Shown here: positions 30,770 to 40,438 of the stretch, piece after piece
Layout of the letters: every line of letters starts with the position of its first letter
How positions within the stretch are numbered: position 1 is the first letter of the stretch
Assembly (NCBI GenBank): GCA_964538995.1
Contig: CAZIFK010000001.1
Span: forward strand, 5,827-69,826
Origin: an uncultured bacterium
GTDB lineage: Bacteria; Fidelibacterota; Marinisomatia; Marinisomatales; TCS55
Direction of reading: 5' to 3'
DNA length: 64,000 nucleotides
Program-made: the position numbers and the translations under genes
The notes under the pieces: model-generated
What the model was told of the DNA's origin: nothing
The model's input: the letters and a program-made list of their open reading frames with translations, nothing else
Databases searched by the model: none

Positions 30770-32887
30770 TCATTTTATTAATAGTATTTTACGCATTTTG
30801 GATTGTGAATTTGTTTCAGCACGGAGAAAATAAATCCCGGATGGAAGATGTGTATTAAAATTCATATTTTTTATTCCTGCCGATATAAAACCTTCGAAAA
30901 CAGCCTGAACATTTTGACCTAATAGATTAATTATAGTGATTTCAACAAATTGCTTTTTATCCATTGTAATCGAAAACGAGAAGTGATTATTGAAAGGATT
31001 TGGATAAGGATTACTTAAGATAAACGTAGATGGAATGATATCATCCCTTATCTGAACATTCGTCGAATCAAACCGGTAATATTGAAGCCCTCCAGCATGG
31101 GTACCGAAAATCAAGTCCGGTTCACTTTGGCCTTCTTTGTAAAAGGCTGCCGGTGCCAGGTTAATACCAATATAAGGAATATCTATTCTCAATTCAGCAA
31201 TCAATTCTTCGCTGTCTAGATAAACAATCTCATACAGCTCACCTATCTTATTTCCGACTAGGATGTGTCCGTTTTCTAATACACAGGGCGATGCATTATC
31301 ACCAATATCAATAGACACATAAGAAATAGAGTCAAAAACAGCAGAATCGGCAGTGCCCTGGTTCCAATAAACATGAACCATACCGTTCTTATCCCCAATA
31401 ACAAGGTCATCGTCCCCATCTTGATCAATGTCGCCAAAGGATGGTGTCGCACGACCACTCAAATCAATATTAAGGAAATCTAATTCCGGATCTCCAAAAA
31501 TACAAAAATATGGAGTATTCTGGTATTGGTTTATTTTGTACAGTTTTCCATTGAACTCACCAATAAACAATTCATCACCACCATCATTATTAAGATTAAA
31601 AAATACCGGAGCAAGATTGTTGCCTAAATTGAAAAACCATTTCGATCCATCACTAATAAATTCTATTTCAGCTGATGACCCTTGATTATAGAAATAATAT
31701 AAACTACCATTCCAATTTGAATTCGAACTATCTCTATCTGTTCCGATCCACATTTCTACTACATTCGAATTGCAATTGGTTGTCAACGTCGGATGTGTTC
31801 CTGAAATATAATCCAAACCCGGAAGTAATCTGGATGTAACCATTTCAAAATTCCAATTTTCCGCGGTGCCATTGTTCTGAAAATAATAGAGATTGTCTAA
31901 GTATTCTATACCATAAGCTCCAGAGAGGACTCCAACAACCATATCGCCATCGCCATCTTCATCAAAATCAACAATTCTGGCAATATTATGACCGGTGGTT
32001 GCTAAAGTCACTTCTGATGGAAAATCATCAATCATCAAAGAATCATCAAAATCCGGATTAGTAGATGTTCCATAATTTTCGAGATAAAATAATCCCGGCT
32101 GATAAAAATCACCCCAGATCAAATCCAGATCATTATCATTATCCATGTCATAAAATTCAAACGCATTGGCACCATGGCGTCCCGGTGTCCAAACAATCAG
32201 AATATCTTCAAATGTGTTTGTGACTAATTCCAGTTGTGGTATGCCGTCTGCAAAACTATGTCCCTGATAGTAGGCAAGACGTCCGGCAATATCCCCAACA
32301 AAATAATCCATATTTCCATCACTGTTAATATCAGTAACGGCTGGAATAACAATTTGCCCACCATAAACAGGCAGGTTATCAATATCCATCAACTCATTGG
32401 TCACGAGATCAAACACACCATTCATATTTGACCAATAACTCACATCGTCTGTGTTTTGTGTATGACTCAATAAGTCAATATCACCATCGTCATCAAAATC
32501 ATGAAAAGCATACCACGTACCTACATTAATATTCTGAAATGATTTAGTAACTAATTCAAACTGCGGTAAATAATATCCAGTATCAGGAATAACTGTTGCG
32601 ACCCCTTCCCAATACTGTAGATAACCATCGCGGTCATTCACGAAACAATCTATAATCCCATCATTATTCCAATCAATAAATCTTGGATCAGGTTGATTTA
32701 AACCACCGGTAAATGGCGCTTCAATCTCCACTCCATCTATTAAGATTGGAAATGGATTTACATCACGAATGTAACCTTGGGGAAAAATATAATTCAAAAA
32801 TAGAATTATTGTGCCATAGTATATTAATCGAGGGTTGTTCAAAGCATTATTAACCACATCTATTAATATCTTACTCATAATGTTCAT
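30770..32887 (-). CDS. FG-GAP/VCBS-repeat secreted protein with a T9SS type-A C-terminal sorting domain
   Basis: Many D.D.DGD..D Ca-binding FG-GAP-like repeats (DFDDDGDIDL, DINSDGNMDYFVGD, DIDQDGDDDLVIGD). C-terminus is NPYPNPFNNHFSFSI...SGIYFLRAETNSQSKMRKILLIK. Confidence 0.8.
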   Translation of the reverse strand: MNIMSKILIDVVNNALNNPRLIYYGTIILFLNYIFPQGYIRDVNPFPILIDGVEIEAPFTGGLNQPDPRFIDWNNDGIIDCFVNDRDGYLQYWEGVATVIPDTGYYLPQFELVTKSFQNINVGTWYAFHDFDDDGDIDLLSHTQNTDDVSYWSNMNGVFDLVTNELMDIDNLPVYGGQIVIPAVTDINSDGNMDYFVGDIAGRLAYYQGHSFADGIPQLELVTNTFEDILIVWTPGRHGANAFEFYDMDNDNDLDLIWGDFYQPGLFYLENYGTSTNPDFDDSLMIDDFPSEVTLATTGHNIARIVDFDEDGDGDMVVGVLSGAYGIEYLDNLYYFQNNGTAENWNFEMVTSRLLPGLDYISGTHPTLTTNCNSNVVEMWIGTDRDSSNSNWNGSLYYFYNQGSSAEIEFISDGSKWFFNLGNNLAPVFFNLNNDGGDELFIGEFNGKLYKINQYQNTPYFCIFGDPELDFLNIDLSGRATPSFGDIDQDGDDDLVIGDKNGMVHVYWNQGTADSAVFDSISYVSIDIGDNASPCVLENGHILVGNKIGELYEIVYLDSEELIAELRIDIPYIGINLAPAAFYKEGQSEPDLIFGTHAGGLQYYRFDSTNVQIRDDIIPSTFILSNPYPNPFNNHFSFSITMDKKQFVEITIINLLGQNVQAVFEGFISAGIKNMNFNTHLPSGIYFLRAETNSQSKMRKILLIK

Positions 32888-33263
32888 CAAAGTTTATTGG
32901 GAGAATTATGGAAACATAAAGAATGGCTAAAGCATAGTTTGTTATTAAATAATTACGAAAAATCATCCATTATTTTCTTTAAACATATTAAGAGATTTAC
33001 GACAATAATCCATAGTTAATATTAATATTTCATTTTAAATAGATTAAATAAAAGATACTGTTGATCAGTTTAATTGAAATGATAATTTAAAAATGATCTG
33101 TATTTTTTACTTAATCTTTTTTAATATCACCCGGGTTTAGTTATTAATAAATAATATATAGGAGATTTTATGACCAGTAAATCAATTACAATATTTCAAT
33201 ATCTAATTATGTTAAAATATACCTGATCCAACCTAGGATTGGCCAATTAGATACTTATTAAGA

Positions 33264-34256
33264 ATGACGTTAATAAAAATCCTTATTGTTTATACTGTCT
33301 TAATTCAAGGTTTAACTAATATATATGGCCAAGTCTATCAAGATACCGTATATAGTTCACCTGATTTGGATGGTAGAATATATTATGTGTACTATTTTCA
33401 GGCCGGTGATTATTATATAAGTACAATTGATGTTAAGGGGATTGTAGGTGATTCATATACTTGGTGGCCTGACGAATCTTATATAGGAAGAGCTTATGTC
33501 AGTTTTGATATATCCTCCGTTTTATTATCTGTAGGTCAATTCCAACTTGAAAGTGTTCAATTTAATATTTACCAACGAAGTTCTATTGGAAATAACAATG
33601 ATGATTTATTTCCTATTTTTTTCGATAAACCAACTTATTTGGTACCCTGTATCATGGATCATATCATTTATGGCGATACACTGGATACGACTGATTTCAC
33701 TGCCGGTGATATCAATGATTTAAATACTCTTACTTCAAATATTGGTTCTATTTCGACAACACCTGATATTGGCTGGCGATCATTGGATATTACTGAATAC
33801 GTATTGGATGATTTATCATCCGGCAGGGATAAAAGCCAGTTTCGAATTAGATTTTTAATACCGCATGATAATGATTTTATGCACGATGCTCTTATTTTTC
33901 TGTTAGGAAATCACTCTATATCTAAACCATATATTATTTTAAACTATGTTGAGAGTACATCGATCAATAACGATCCCTTAAAAAACTTACCTGCTAATTT
34001 TATTCTACATCAGAATTATCCCAACCCATTTAATCCTTTAACAAATATTTCGTACCAAATAAACCAATCAACATTTGTAGATATTTCAATTTATGATATC
34101 AATGGAAATCTAGTTGAATCATTGGTACGAGATAGTAAAAATCCCGGTAACTTTTCAGTGATTTGGGATGCAAATAGATTTAATTCAGGTATTTATTTTT
34201 ATAAAATAACTGCCGGTGAATTTTCTGATACAAAAAAATGTTTATTAGTCAAGTAG
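33264..34256 (+). CDS. secreted protein of unknown function with a T9SS type-A C-terminal sorting domain
   Basis: Signal peptide. C-terminus is QNYPNPFNPLTNISYQINQSTFVDISIYDINGNLV...SGIYFYKITAGEFSDTKKCLLVK. Confidence 0.75.
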   Translation: MTLIKILIVYTVLIQGLTNIYGQVYQDTVYSSPDLDGRIYYVYYFQAGDYYISTIDVKGIVGDSYTWWPDESYIGRAYVSFDISSVLLSVGQFQLESVQFNIYQRSSIGNNNDDLFPIFFDKPTYLVPCIMDHIIYGDTLDTTDFTAGDINDLNTLTSNIGSISTTPDIGWRSLDITEYVLDDLSSGRDKSQFRIRFLIPHDNDFMHDALIFLLGNHSISKPYIILNYVESTSINNDPLKNLPANFILHQNYPNPFNPLTNISYQINQSTFVDISIYDINGNLVESLVRDSKNPGNFSVIWDANRFNSGIYFYKITAGEFSDTKKCLLVK

Positions 34257-34282
34257 ACAAATTAAAAATATAGTTACCTTTT

Positions 34283-35788
34283 TTATTCTAAAACAGCTGA
34301 AGCAGTACTCGTATCAATTTCCCAAATGATTAGCCGTTCAAGTTCGTCGTATAAACTCAATTTACGTAGTAAATATGGTGGAAGAGCTCGAAACAGAAGA
34401 CGAATGGAAATAGTTATTTCTGATCCGCCGCCAGGGACAATAGTCGGTAAATCTAACAAATAATTGACAATCTTCGAACCGCTTACAGGTAATGTATTAT
34501 CATTCATCCAAGTCATATTTTCGACGGAAACTGCCGAGTCACCCTCGTCATTATACAATACAGTTTGGAACACATTCAACTGGGGATCAAACGCATTATC
34601 TGGATCAGTATGAAAATCATAAATGTCTCCATTTTCATCCAAATATCCAGATTTAAAAATAGTATCACCATCAACCGTTGCGAAAACTTCCAACCATAGC
34701 TGCCTTGTAAATGGAACTCCGGACGGGAAATTATGCCCAGCATTATTGGTTACAATCAATTTTATAGATAATTGTTCGGACAAATTGATGGTATCCGGAA
34801 GTGATTCAAAGAAATTCACTTCTGCAGATCCATTCAATAATTCGGCAATCGCGGGTATTAACAATTCATTTTGTGAATCTTCGAGTATCGATGTTCCCAC
34901 TCCGGGGAAATAGTGGCGATGTAGATTTTTTCGTAAAGGTCCTCCCTCTGCGGCATAGCCTTCATACAAAGGCATGTGGCACGTCTGGCATTCTGTACCC
35001 ATTGCTTTAAAAGCTGATCGTTCCCATTCTGAATTCGTCACCTCTGCGTCTACTCCGTTCACAGTCAGGTTATGACAATTACGGCAATATTCGGATTGAT
35101 CATACCCGGCATGAAATGCGGATTTATGAAATGTGTTTTCCTGAGGGTCTTCCAGTGTACCATACCGGGTTCCATCTGTATAAAGCTTAAAATCGGCTGT
35201 TTCATAAGCCTGATCATCTGTTTGAATATCCGTGGATTCCGGTAGATGAGTTATTGTATGGCACACATCGCAGGTAACACCATCCTGGATCTGCTGAGGG
35301 AGAGTATTTGATACTGAAATTGTAAAATTCTCATGATCGGTTATTGCATCCGTTAATGCCGCAATAGGGCTGTGGCATTGTACACAAAAATCACCAAGTT
35401 CTTCGCCAACAGCCTTATGAGCTGTTTGTGAACTTCGTTGCAGAGCAAACCAAATTGGGTCACTCATTGAATAGGCATGCATAGATGCAGCCCATTCTTC
35501 AAAATAAACCGGATGACATGTCTGACAATCAGCCGCAGGTGAAAAATCCTCTACTTTAAACGTTGTTTGATAAGGTAGTTCGGTAACGGATTTTTCCTTG
35601 CCTGAGTCATCACAACTAACAATCAAGAAAAATAAGAACCCTATGCAAAACTTAGAGTATGAAGAAAAAAGTTTTAAAATTTGTCTGATTAAGGCGGGAA
35701 ACGCAATGAATAGCATAGCTATTAATAAGTTTTCCAACGAAAAGCAGGCGAATTTTATACTTTTTAATTTGTGCTTTAGGTTTTGCAT
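34283..35788 (-). CDS. pentahaem c-type cytochrome, predicted lipoprotein
   Basis: Five CxxCH motifs (CQTCH, CVQCH, CDVCH, CRNCH, CQTCH). Lipobox-like FLIVSC-DD. The track ORF extends to 35884 and would overlap the upstream gene by 53 nt. ATGs at 35788 or 35716 are more plausible starts. Confidence 0.8.
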   Translation of the reverse strand: MQNLKHKLKSIKFACFSLENLLIAMLFIAFPALIRQILKLFSSYSKFCIGFLFFLIVSCDDSGKEKSVTELPYQTTFKVEDFSPAADCQTCHPVYFEEWAASMHAYSMSDPIWFALQRSSQTAHKAVGEELGDFCVQCHSPIAALTDAITDHENFTISVSNTLPQQIQDGVTCDVCHTITHLPESTDIQTDDQAYETADFKLYTDGTRYGTLEDPQENTFHKSAFHAGYDQSEYCRNCHNLTVNGVDAEVTNSEWERSAFKAMGTECQTCHMPLYEGYAAEGGPLRKNLHRHYFPGVGTSILEDSQNELLIPAIAELLNGSAEVNFFESLPDTINLSEQLSIKLIVTNNAGHNFPSGVPFTRQLWLEVFATVDGDTIFKSGYLDENGDIYDFHTDPDNAFDPQLNVFQTVLYNDEGDSAVSVENMTWMNDNTLPVSGSKIVNYLLDLPTIVPGGGSEITISIRLLFRALPPYLLRKLSLYDELERLIIWEIDTSTASAVLE

Positions 35789-35831
35789 AGGGTTCAATAA
35801 AGGAAATAAAAAATGAAGTAACCTATCCAAT

Positions 35832-36899
35832 CTAATGGACGATGGCCACTCCTGTGGGCATGGGGTCTGTTTCACTGGCATCACCTAATTCAATTGTGTA
35901 TAATAATTTTTCATTAGTAGTATCATAAACATATGCGGAGCCGCTTCCGGGTGAAGTTACTACTAAAAGCTCACCGTCTTCAGATAATGCACAGCCATGT
36001 AGCAAATTCATAGAATCGTCAGTAAGTGTTTTTATTTCACTGGTCAACTGATTAAAAATAGTAACTGAATTAGCCATCCGGTTAACAACGAAGAGTTTTT
36101 CTCCATCGTCTGACAATTTGAGATGCCAAGGCATCACACCAGTAGTGATTGACGTTAGACTATCACCTGTAGCTGTATCAAATACCCGAACCTGCATTTT
36201 GTTCGAGCAGGAAACGTATAATCTGGAATCATCTTGGCTCAATTCCAGTTCTAGTGCATTGTAAAAGCCATCGTTTATTTCGTAGGAAGATGGCACATCT
36301 GAACCGATGCGAAAATTTTGGGGTTGATAATTCAATTCGCCAATCCTGTCGGTTTCGATTTTAAAAAAGTGGGATGCTTGATTGCTGGATACCCATAATG
36401 TTTCTCCATCTGAACTCAATGCAATACCGTGCGGTGAGTCGGCTCCAACATTAACGGTTCCGACAACATTCATATTCTGTGTATCAATTTTATGTACCAA
36501 TTGCGATGAGGTGCTCAATCCCATCATGGGCATGAATCGTGAAATATAGAGATATTGACTTGTTTCATCTAATGCCATTAATGCAGGCATATTTCCGATA
36601 TGAACAGAATCCACAAGTTCATCTGTTTGCAAATCAAATTTCAAAACGTATCCAGATGAAATCAAAGTACAATACCAATAATTCTGAATTTCATCAATAA
36701 CGATATAATGGGGCATATCACTTGTATTGGTAAAATCCACATCGATGTATTTTAAAACTTCCCCTTCATTGATATCCAGAACCACAATTTTATCCTGACC
36801 CTGAAGAGTTACATATGCTTTATGGATGTCTTGTGGATTTCTATCATCACATCCAAAGACAACGAGCAGTATTAAAATTAAATGTAATTTTTTTATCAT
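35832..36899 (-). CDS. YVTN/lactonase-type beta-propeller repeat lipoprotein
   Basis: Lipobox LLVVFGC-DD. Repeated ~40-aa units with PHGIALS.DG..L(W/Y)V(S/T) signatures (PHYIVID, PHGIALSSDGETLWVS, SRLYVSC, EKLFVVN, ELLVVTS). Confidence 0.7.
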   Translation of the reverse strand: MIKKLHLILILLVVFGCDDRNPQDIHKAYVTLQGQDKIVVLDINEGEVLKYIDVDFTNTSDMPHYIVIDEIQNYWYCTLISSGYVLKFDLQTDELVDSVHIGNMPALMALDETSQYLYISRFMPMMGLSTSSQLVHKIDTQNMNVVGTVNVGADSPHGIALSSDGETLWVSSNQASHFFKIETDRIGELNYQPQNFRIGSDVPSSYEINDGFYNALELELSQDDSRLYVSCSNKMQVRVFDTATGDSLTSITTGVMPWHLKLSDDGEKLFVVNRMANSVTIFNQLTSEIKTLTDDSMNLLHGCALSEDGELLVVTSPGSGSAYVYDTTNEKLLYTIELGDASETDPMPTGVAIVH

Positions 36900-39844
36900 A
36901 TGCTTTTTGAAAAACTAAATAACCACTTATCATTATGAAAACGAATCCCTTCCTTATTTATACTCACATCTTTTACAAGAAAAGGAGCGTCTAACCGAAT
37001 ATAAAATTTCTTACCCAAAATTGAATGAGTCAATCGTAATCCAACACCGGCATCAAACAAATAATCACCATTAAATTCTTTATCACCCTGTGAATATTTA
37101 CTACCCCATATCCAACCGTCATCGATAAAAACAGCTAATTCAAGACTGATTGCTTTAATTGAAGGTTTGAAGAATATTTCAACTGAATTTGCAATGACGG
37201 ATTCAGCGCCAACCAGTCCTTCTCCAAAATATCCACGGAGATTCGCATCGCCCGATAAATGATAATGGTTGCGAAGATCGACGTTTCCATAAAATGATGA
37301 CTCATCCCTTAAAAACGGCTTTGAATAAAGATCTCCAGATCCTGCCCCTTCAATTGTATACCGTTCTTGGGAAGGAACACCGTTATCACTGATCATGTGA
37401 CCTAAAATAGACCGATTGCGGATGCCTATTTTATTTTTACTAAAATCAAAAGAAATAATTGTATTAAAACGTGAAAATGACCAATGGGAGGCGGAACCTA
37501 TAGTCGAGGCCATATCCATGTCAATATTGACATTATTCAAAATAGAAAAACTATATTTTCCAAAGATGACAGCAACCTGGCCCAAGTCGTATAAATTAGT
37601 TCTGAGTGTATCGGCATTGGTCACATAAAATCCAATAGACGAATAATGTGACATGAAATCGGCATAAGCTTCATTTAAATGATTTTTTATTTCCACACCA
37701 TAGCCACTGACGGCACCCAAATCATAAGCATGAACAGAAGTTGAATAACTCTGAAAACTATGTACAGGTTTACGATTGCCTGAATACGACCAGTATATTT
37801 TGTTTGAATCTAGAGCATAATTCAGCTTGAAATTTAAATTCTCCCAGTATCCATATTTTCTACTCATCCAGATTCCAGGAATATACCCATCCAATTCATG
37901 GTAGGATAAGGTAGGCGTCCAACGCATATAATACTTATTTCGAGGGTTGTAATTAGTTTCAATCCATCGGAATTGTCTTTCACTTGGCATTCGTCCACTA
38001 CTATTGTTCCGTCGATCAGCATCCAGCGTTTGTACATCAGGATCTAATACGATTGAATTTGGTTCTTCGTCCACATTGAAAACAAATGTATCTTTTTCTC
38101 TCCACAAATGATTCTTCCACCAAATGCGTTTTTTTGATCCATTCTCCATGGTTACTTCCAAAAGCTGGGGCATCTCTCTTGTTCCAAGTTTTACAATATC
38201 CACTTCGACTTGCCAACTATCATCCAGCTTTGTTTTTTTCCATTTATCGATACCATAATCAAGGACTCGAGTATTATGAAGCCAGGGATTAAAAAACCAG
38301 TCCAACTCTACCCCGCTCACATCTTCCATGGCCGTTAAAAAATGATCTTCATTGGGATGTTTCAACTCCCAGCGATCGTAATATTCCTGCATGGCCGAAT
38401 AAAAAAGAGAATCTTCTAAAATATATTTTAGTTCGTTTAACATTAAGGATGGTTTAGTATAGGCGTTCATCCGATATGAACCCCCATTATTAAACATAAA
38501 CGATTTGCGGCTGATAGGTTCATCGCTTCCGCTGGTTTGATAACGAATTGTCGACCATTGGGTTCGATCAAGTGCGCTGTTAAACAAACCGTGTTTTTTT
38601 ACAAACGGCTTGTATCTTTCTGACTCTTTTAAATCAAAACCATGTGGACCATATCGGTCCACCAAATATTCTCTTGTTTGAAATGTTGTAAATCCCTCAT
38701 CCAGCCAGGCTTCATCCGTTTCATTGTTTCCTAGGATTCCATAAAACCAGATATGACCAATTTCATGAACGATGAGCCCTTCTCTTTCGCTGCCGTTCAT
38801 TACCAGCATGGGATATTCCATACCGCCGCCTTTTAAGCGGTCCGTGGTTGTCACTTGAGGATACGGATACAAACCATACTTAGTGCTTAACCATTCCAAT
38901 GCTCGTTCAGATCGTTTGACTACTTTTTTCGTCCATTTTTCTCCATTCTTCTCATTGAACAATACATGAACATCAATACCATTCCAGGATCCAGACTCAT
39001 ATAAAAATGTTGGGGAAGTAATCCAGGCAAAATCATGAACTTGTTCGGCGTGAAATGTAACCGTTCGACGCAAGGAAGAATCGATTTCAATCTTATTGTC
39101 CTGGTATTCTTTTAGCCACTCTTTGAAATCCTTGGAAGTATCAACAGTAACTGTTTCCCATCCAGGACTTCCTTCTGTTACAAATCCTGTCGCTCCAACT
39201 GTATACCAACTTGGGACATTGATCGTCACATCGAATGTTCCAAATTCACCATAAAATTCGCCGGAGGCATGGAAAGGATCATTATGCCAACCCTTTGCAT
39301 CGTACACAACCATTTTCGGATACCATTGCGCGAAATTGTATTGTTCGTCAACGCGACCGGCTCGTTCGACCTGCTCACCTACATGATGAACCCAATCAAA
39401 TTTTATCGTTAATGTTTCGCCTGGCTTTAACAGTGTTGATAAATCTGCTGATAAAATTGTGTCATCCACTTGAAATGTATCTGCAAGTATGACCCCATTT
39501 TTTGTTATTGTAAAGTTGCTTACATCGATTTTACTGAAATAAGAATCCAAACCTTTGATAAAATTTGCCGCTCGGCCCAACCGTCCAAATATCTGCAGAT
39601 ATTCCCGATGTTTGACCGAACCTTCCTGGAAGGCGTTGGGCAGAAGATGTAAATACATATTATTTAGTTCATCAGGTGAATTATTTGTATAATGAATTAT
39701 GGAACTTCCACCCACCGTATGTTCCTTGATGTCCAACTTAACGTCCATTGTATAATGAACGAATTGCTGAAAATATTCCTCTTCAGGAAATATTATAGAG
39801 GTGAAAATGAGCAGACTTGCTGCCCAATATAGGTGTTTATTCAT
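36896..39844 (-). CDS. M1-family zinc metallopeptidase fused to a C-terminal Omp85/D15-like beta-barrel region
   Basis: GGMEYP (GxMEN-like), then HEIGHIWFYGILGNNETDEAWLDEGFTTF (HExxH-18-E). The C-terminal ~350 aa show an alternating beta pattern and the motifs ANLRGYF, LAVFIDDGWIWG, DAGVGLRL and FYIRLDAPF. Confidence 0.8.
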   Translation of the reverse strand: MNKHLYWAASLLIFTSIIFPEEEYFQQFVHYTMDVKLDIKEHTVGGSSIIHYTNNSPDELNNMYLHLLPNAFQEGSVKHREYLQIFGRLGRAANFIKGLDSYFSKIDVSNFTITKNGVILADTFQVDDTILSADLSTLLKPGETLTIKFDWVHHVGEQVERAGRVDEQYNFAQWYPKMVVYDAKGWHNDPFHASGEFYGEFGTFDVTINVPSWYTVGATGFVTEGSPGWETVTVDTSKDFKEWLKEYQDNKIEIDSSLRRTVTFHAEQVHDFAWITSPTFLYESGSWNGIDVHVLFNEKNGEKWTKKVVKRSERALEWLSTKYGLYPYPQVTTTDRLKGGGMEYPMLVMNGSEREGLIVHEIGHIWFYGILGNNETDEAWLDEGFTTFQTREYLVDRYGPHGFDLKESERYKPFVKKHGLFNSALDRTQWSTIRYQTSGSDEPISRKSFMFNNGGSYRMNAYTKPSLMLNELKYILEDSLFYSAMQEYYDRWELKHPNEDHFLTAMEDVSGVELDWFFNPWLHNTRVLDYGIDKWKKTKLDDSWQVEVDIVKLGTREMPQLLEVTMENGSKKRIWWKNHLWREKDTFVFNVDEEPNSIVLDPDVQTLDADRRNNSSGRMPSERQFRWIETNYNPRNKYYMRWTPTLSYHELDGYIPGIWMSRKYGYWENLNFKLNYALDSNKIYWSYSGNRKPVHSFQSYSTSVHAYDLGAVSGYGVEIKNHLNEAYADFMSHYSSIGFYVTNADTLRTNLYDLGQVAVIFGKYSFSILNNVNIDMDMASTIGSASHWSFSRFNTIISFDFSKNKIGIRNRSILGHMISDNGVPSQERYTIEGAGSGDLYSKPFLRDESSFYGNVDLRNHYHLSGDANLRGYFGEGLVGAESVIANSVEIFFKPSIKAISLELAVFIDDGWIWGSKYSQGDKEFNGDYLFDAGVGLRLTHSILGKKFYIRLDAPFLVKDVSINKEGIRFHNDKWLFSFSKSI

Positions 39845-39859
39845 GGGTCCTTAACCTTA

Positions 39860-40438
39860 TTACAGGTAAGGTTTTAAATCATTATAAAATATTTTTTCCG
39901 AACGGGGTCCGAGATAACTTTTAACAATATACCCATCGCGATCAATTAAAAATGTCGTAGGAATTCCGCTAATTGGCTGACCAACAGCACGACCATAATT
40001 TGCAGTCACTTTTTGAGTTTCATTACCGCTTATATCTGTTAAAACAGTATAATTCATTTTCCATTTATCTATAAATGTAGCAATATTTTCCGGTGGGCCA
40101 GACGTAAGGGTAACGCCCACAATTTCCAATCCATCATTTTGATATTTTTCATATAATTTAACAAAGTCTGGAATTTCCTTTCTGCACGGACCGCACCAGG
40201 TTCCCCAGAAGTTTAATAATATTACTTTGCCCAAAAGATCATTCATTTTCACAATTTCTCCAGAAGTTGTTGCTAATGAAAAATCAGGAGCTAAGACAGC
40301 ATTCTTCGGTCGAGTGGGTTGTTTTTTAATTTTTACACTTGAAACAGATGCTTTTTTAGTATCCGTTCCATTATTAGCATTGCATCCTGTTAAAATAATT
40401 AATCCAAGAATTGCAACAGGTGTTATTATTCGATTCAT
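39860..40438 (-). CDS. TlpA/ResA-family periplasmic thiol:disulfide oxidoreductase (lipoprotein)
   Basis: Lipobox ILTGC-N and thioredoxin active site NFWGTWCGPCRKEIP. Confidence 0.85.
   Translation of the reverse strand: MNRIITPVAILGLIILTGCNANNGTDTKKASVSSVKIKKQPTRPKNAVLAPDFSLATTSGEIVKMNDLLGKVILLNFWGTWCGPCRKEIPDFVKLYEKYQNDGLEIVGVTLTSGPPENIATFIDKWKMNYTVLTDISGNETQKVTANYGRAVGQPISGIPTTFLIDRDGYIVKSYLGPRSEKIFYNDLKPYL

Noticed and set aside
35789-35884. N-terminal 32-codon extension of the pentahaem cytochrome ORF
   Set aside because: It would overlap the upstream beta-propeller gene by 53 nt, and it precedes the signal/lipobox segment by an implausibly long non-hydrophobic leader. Internal ATGs at 35788 or 35716 are preferred.
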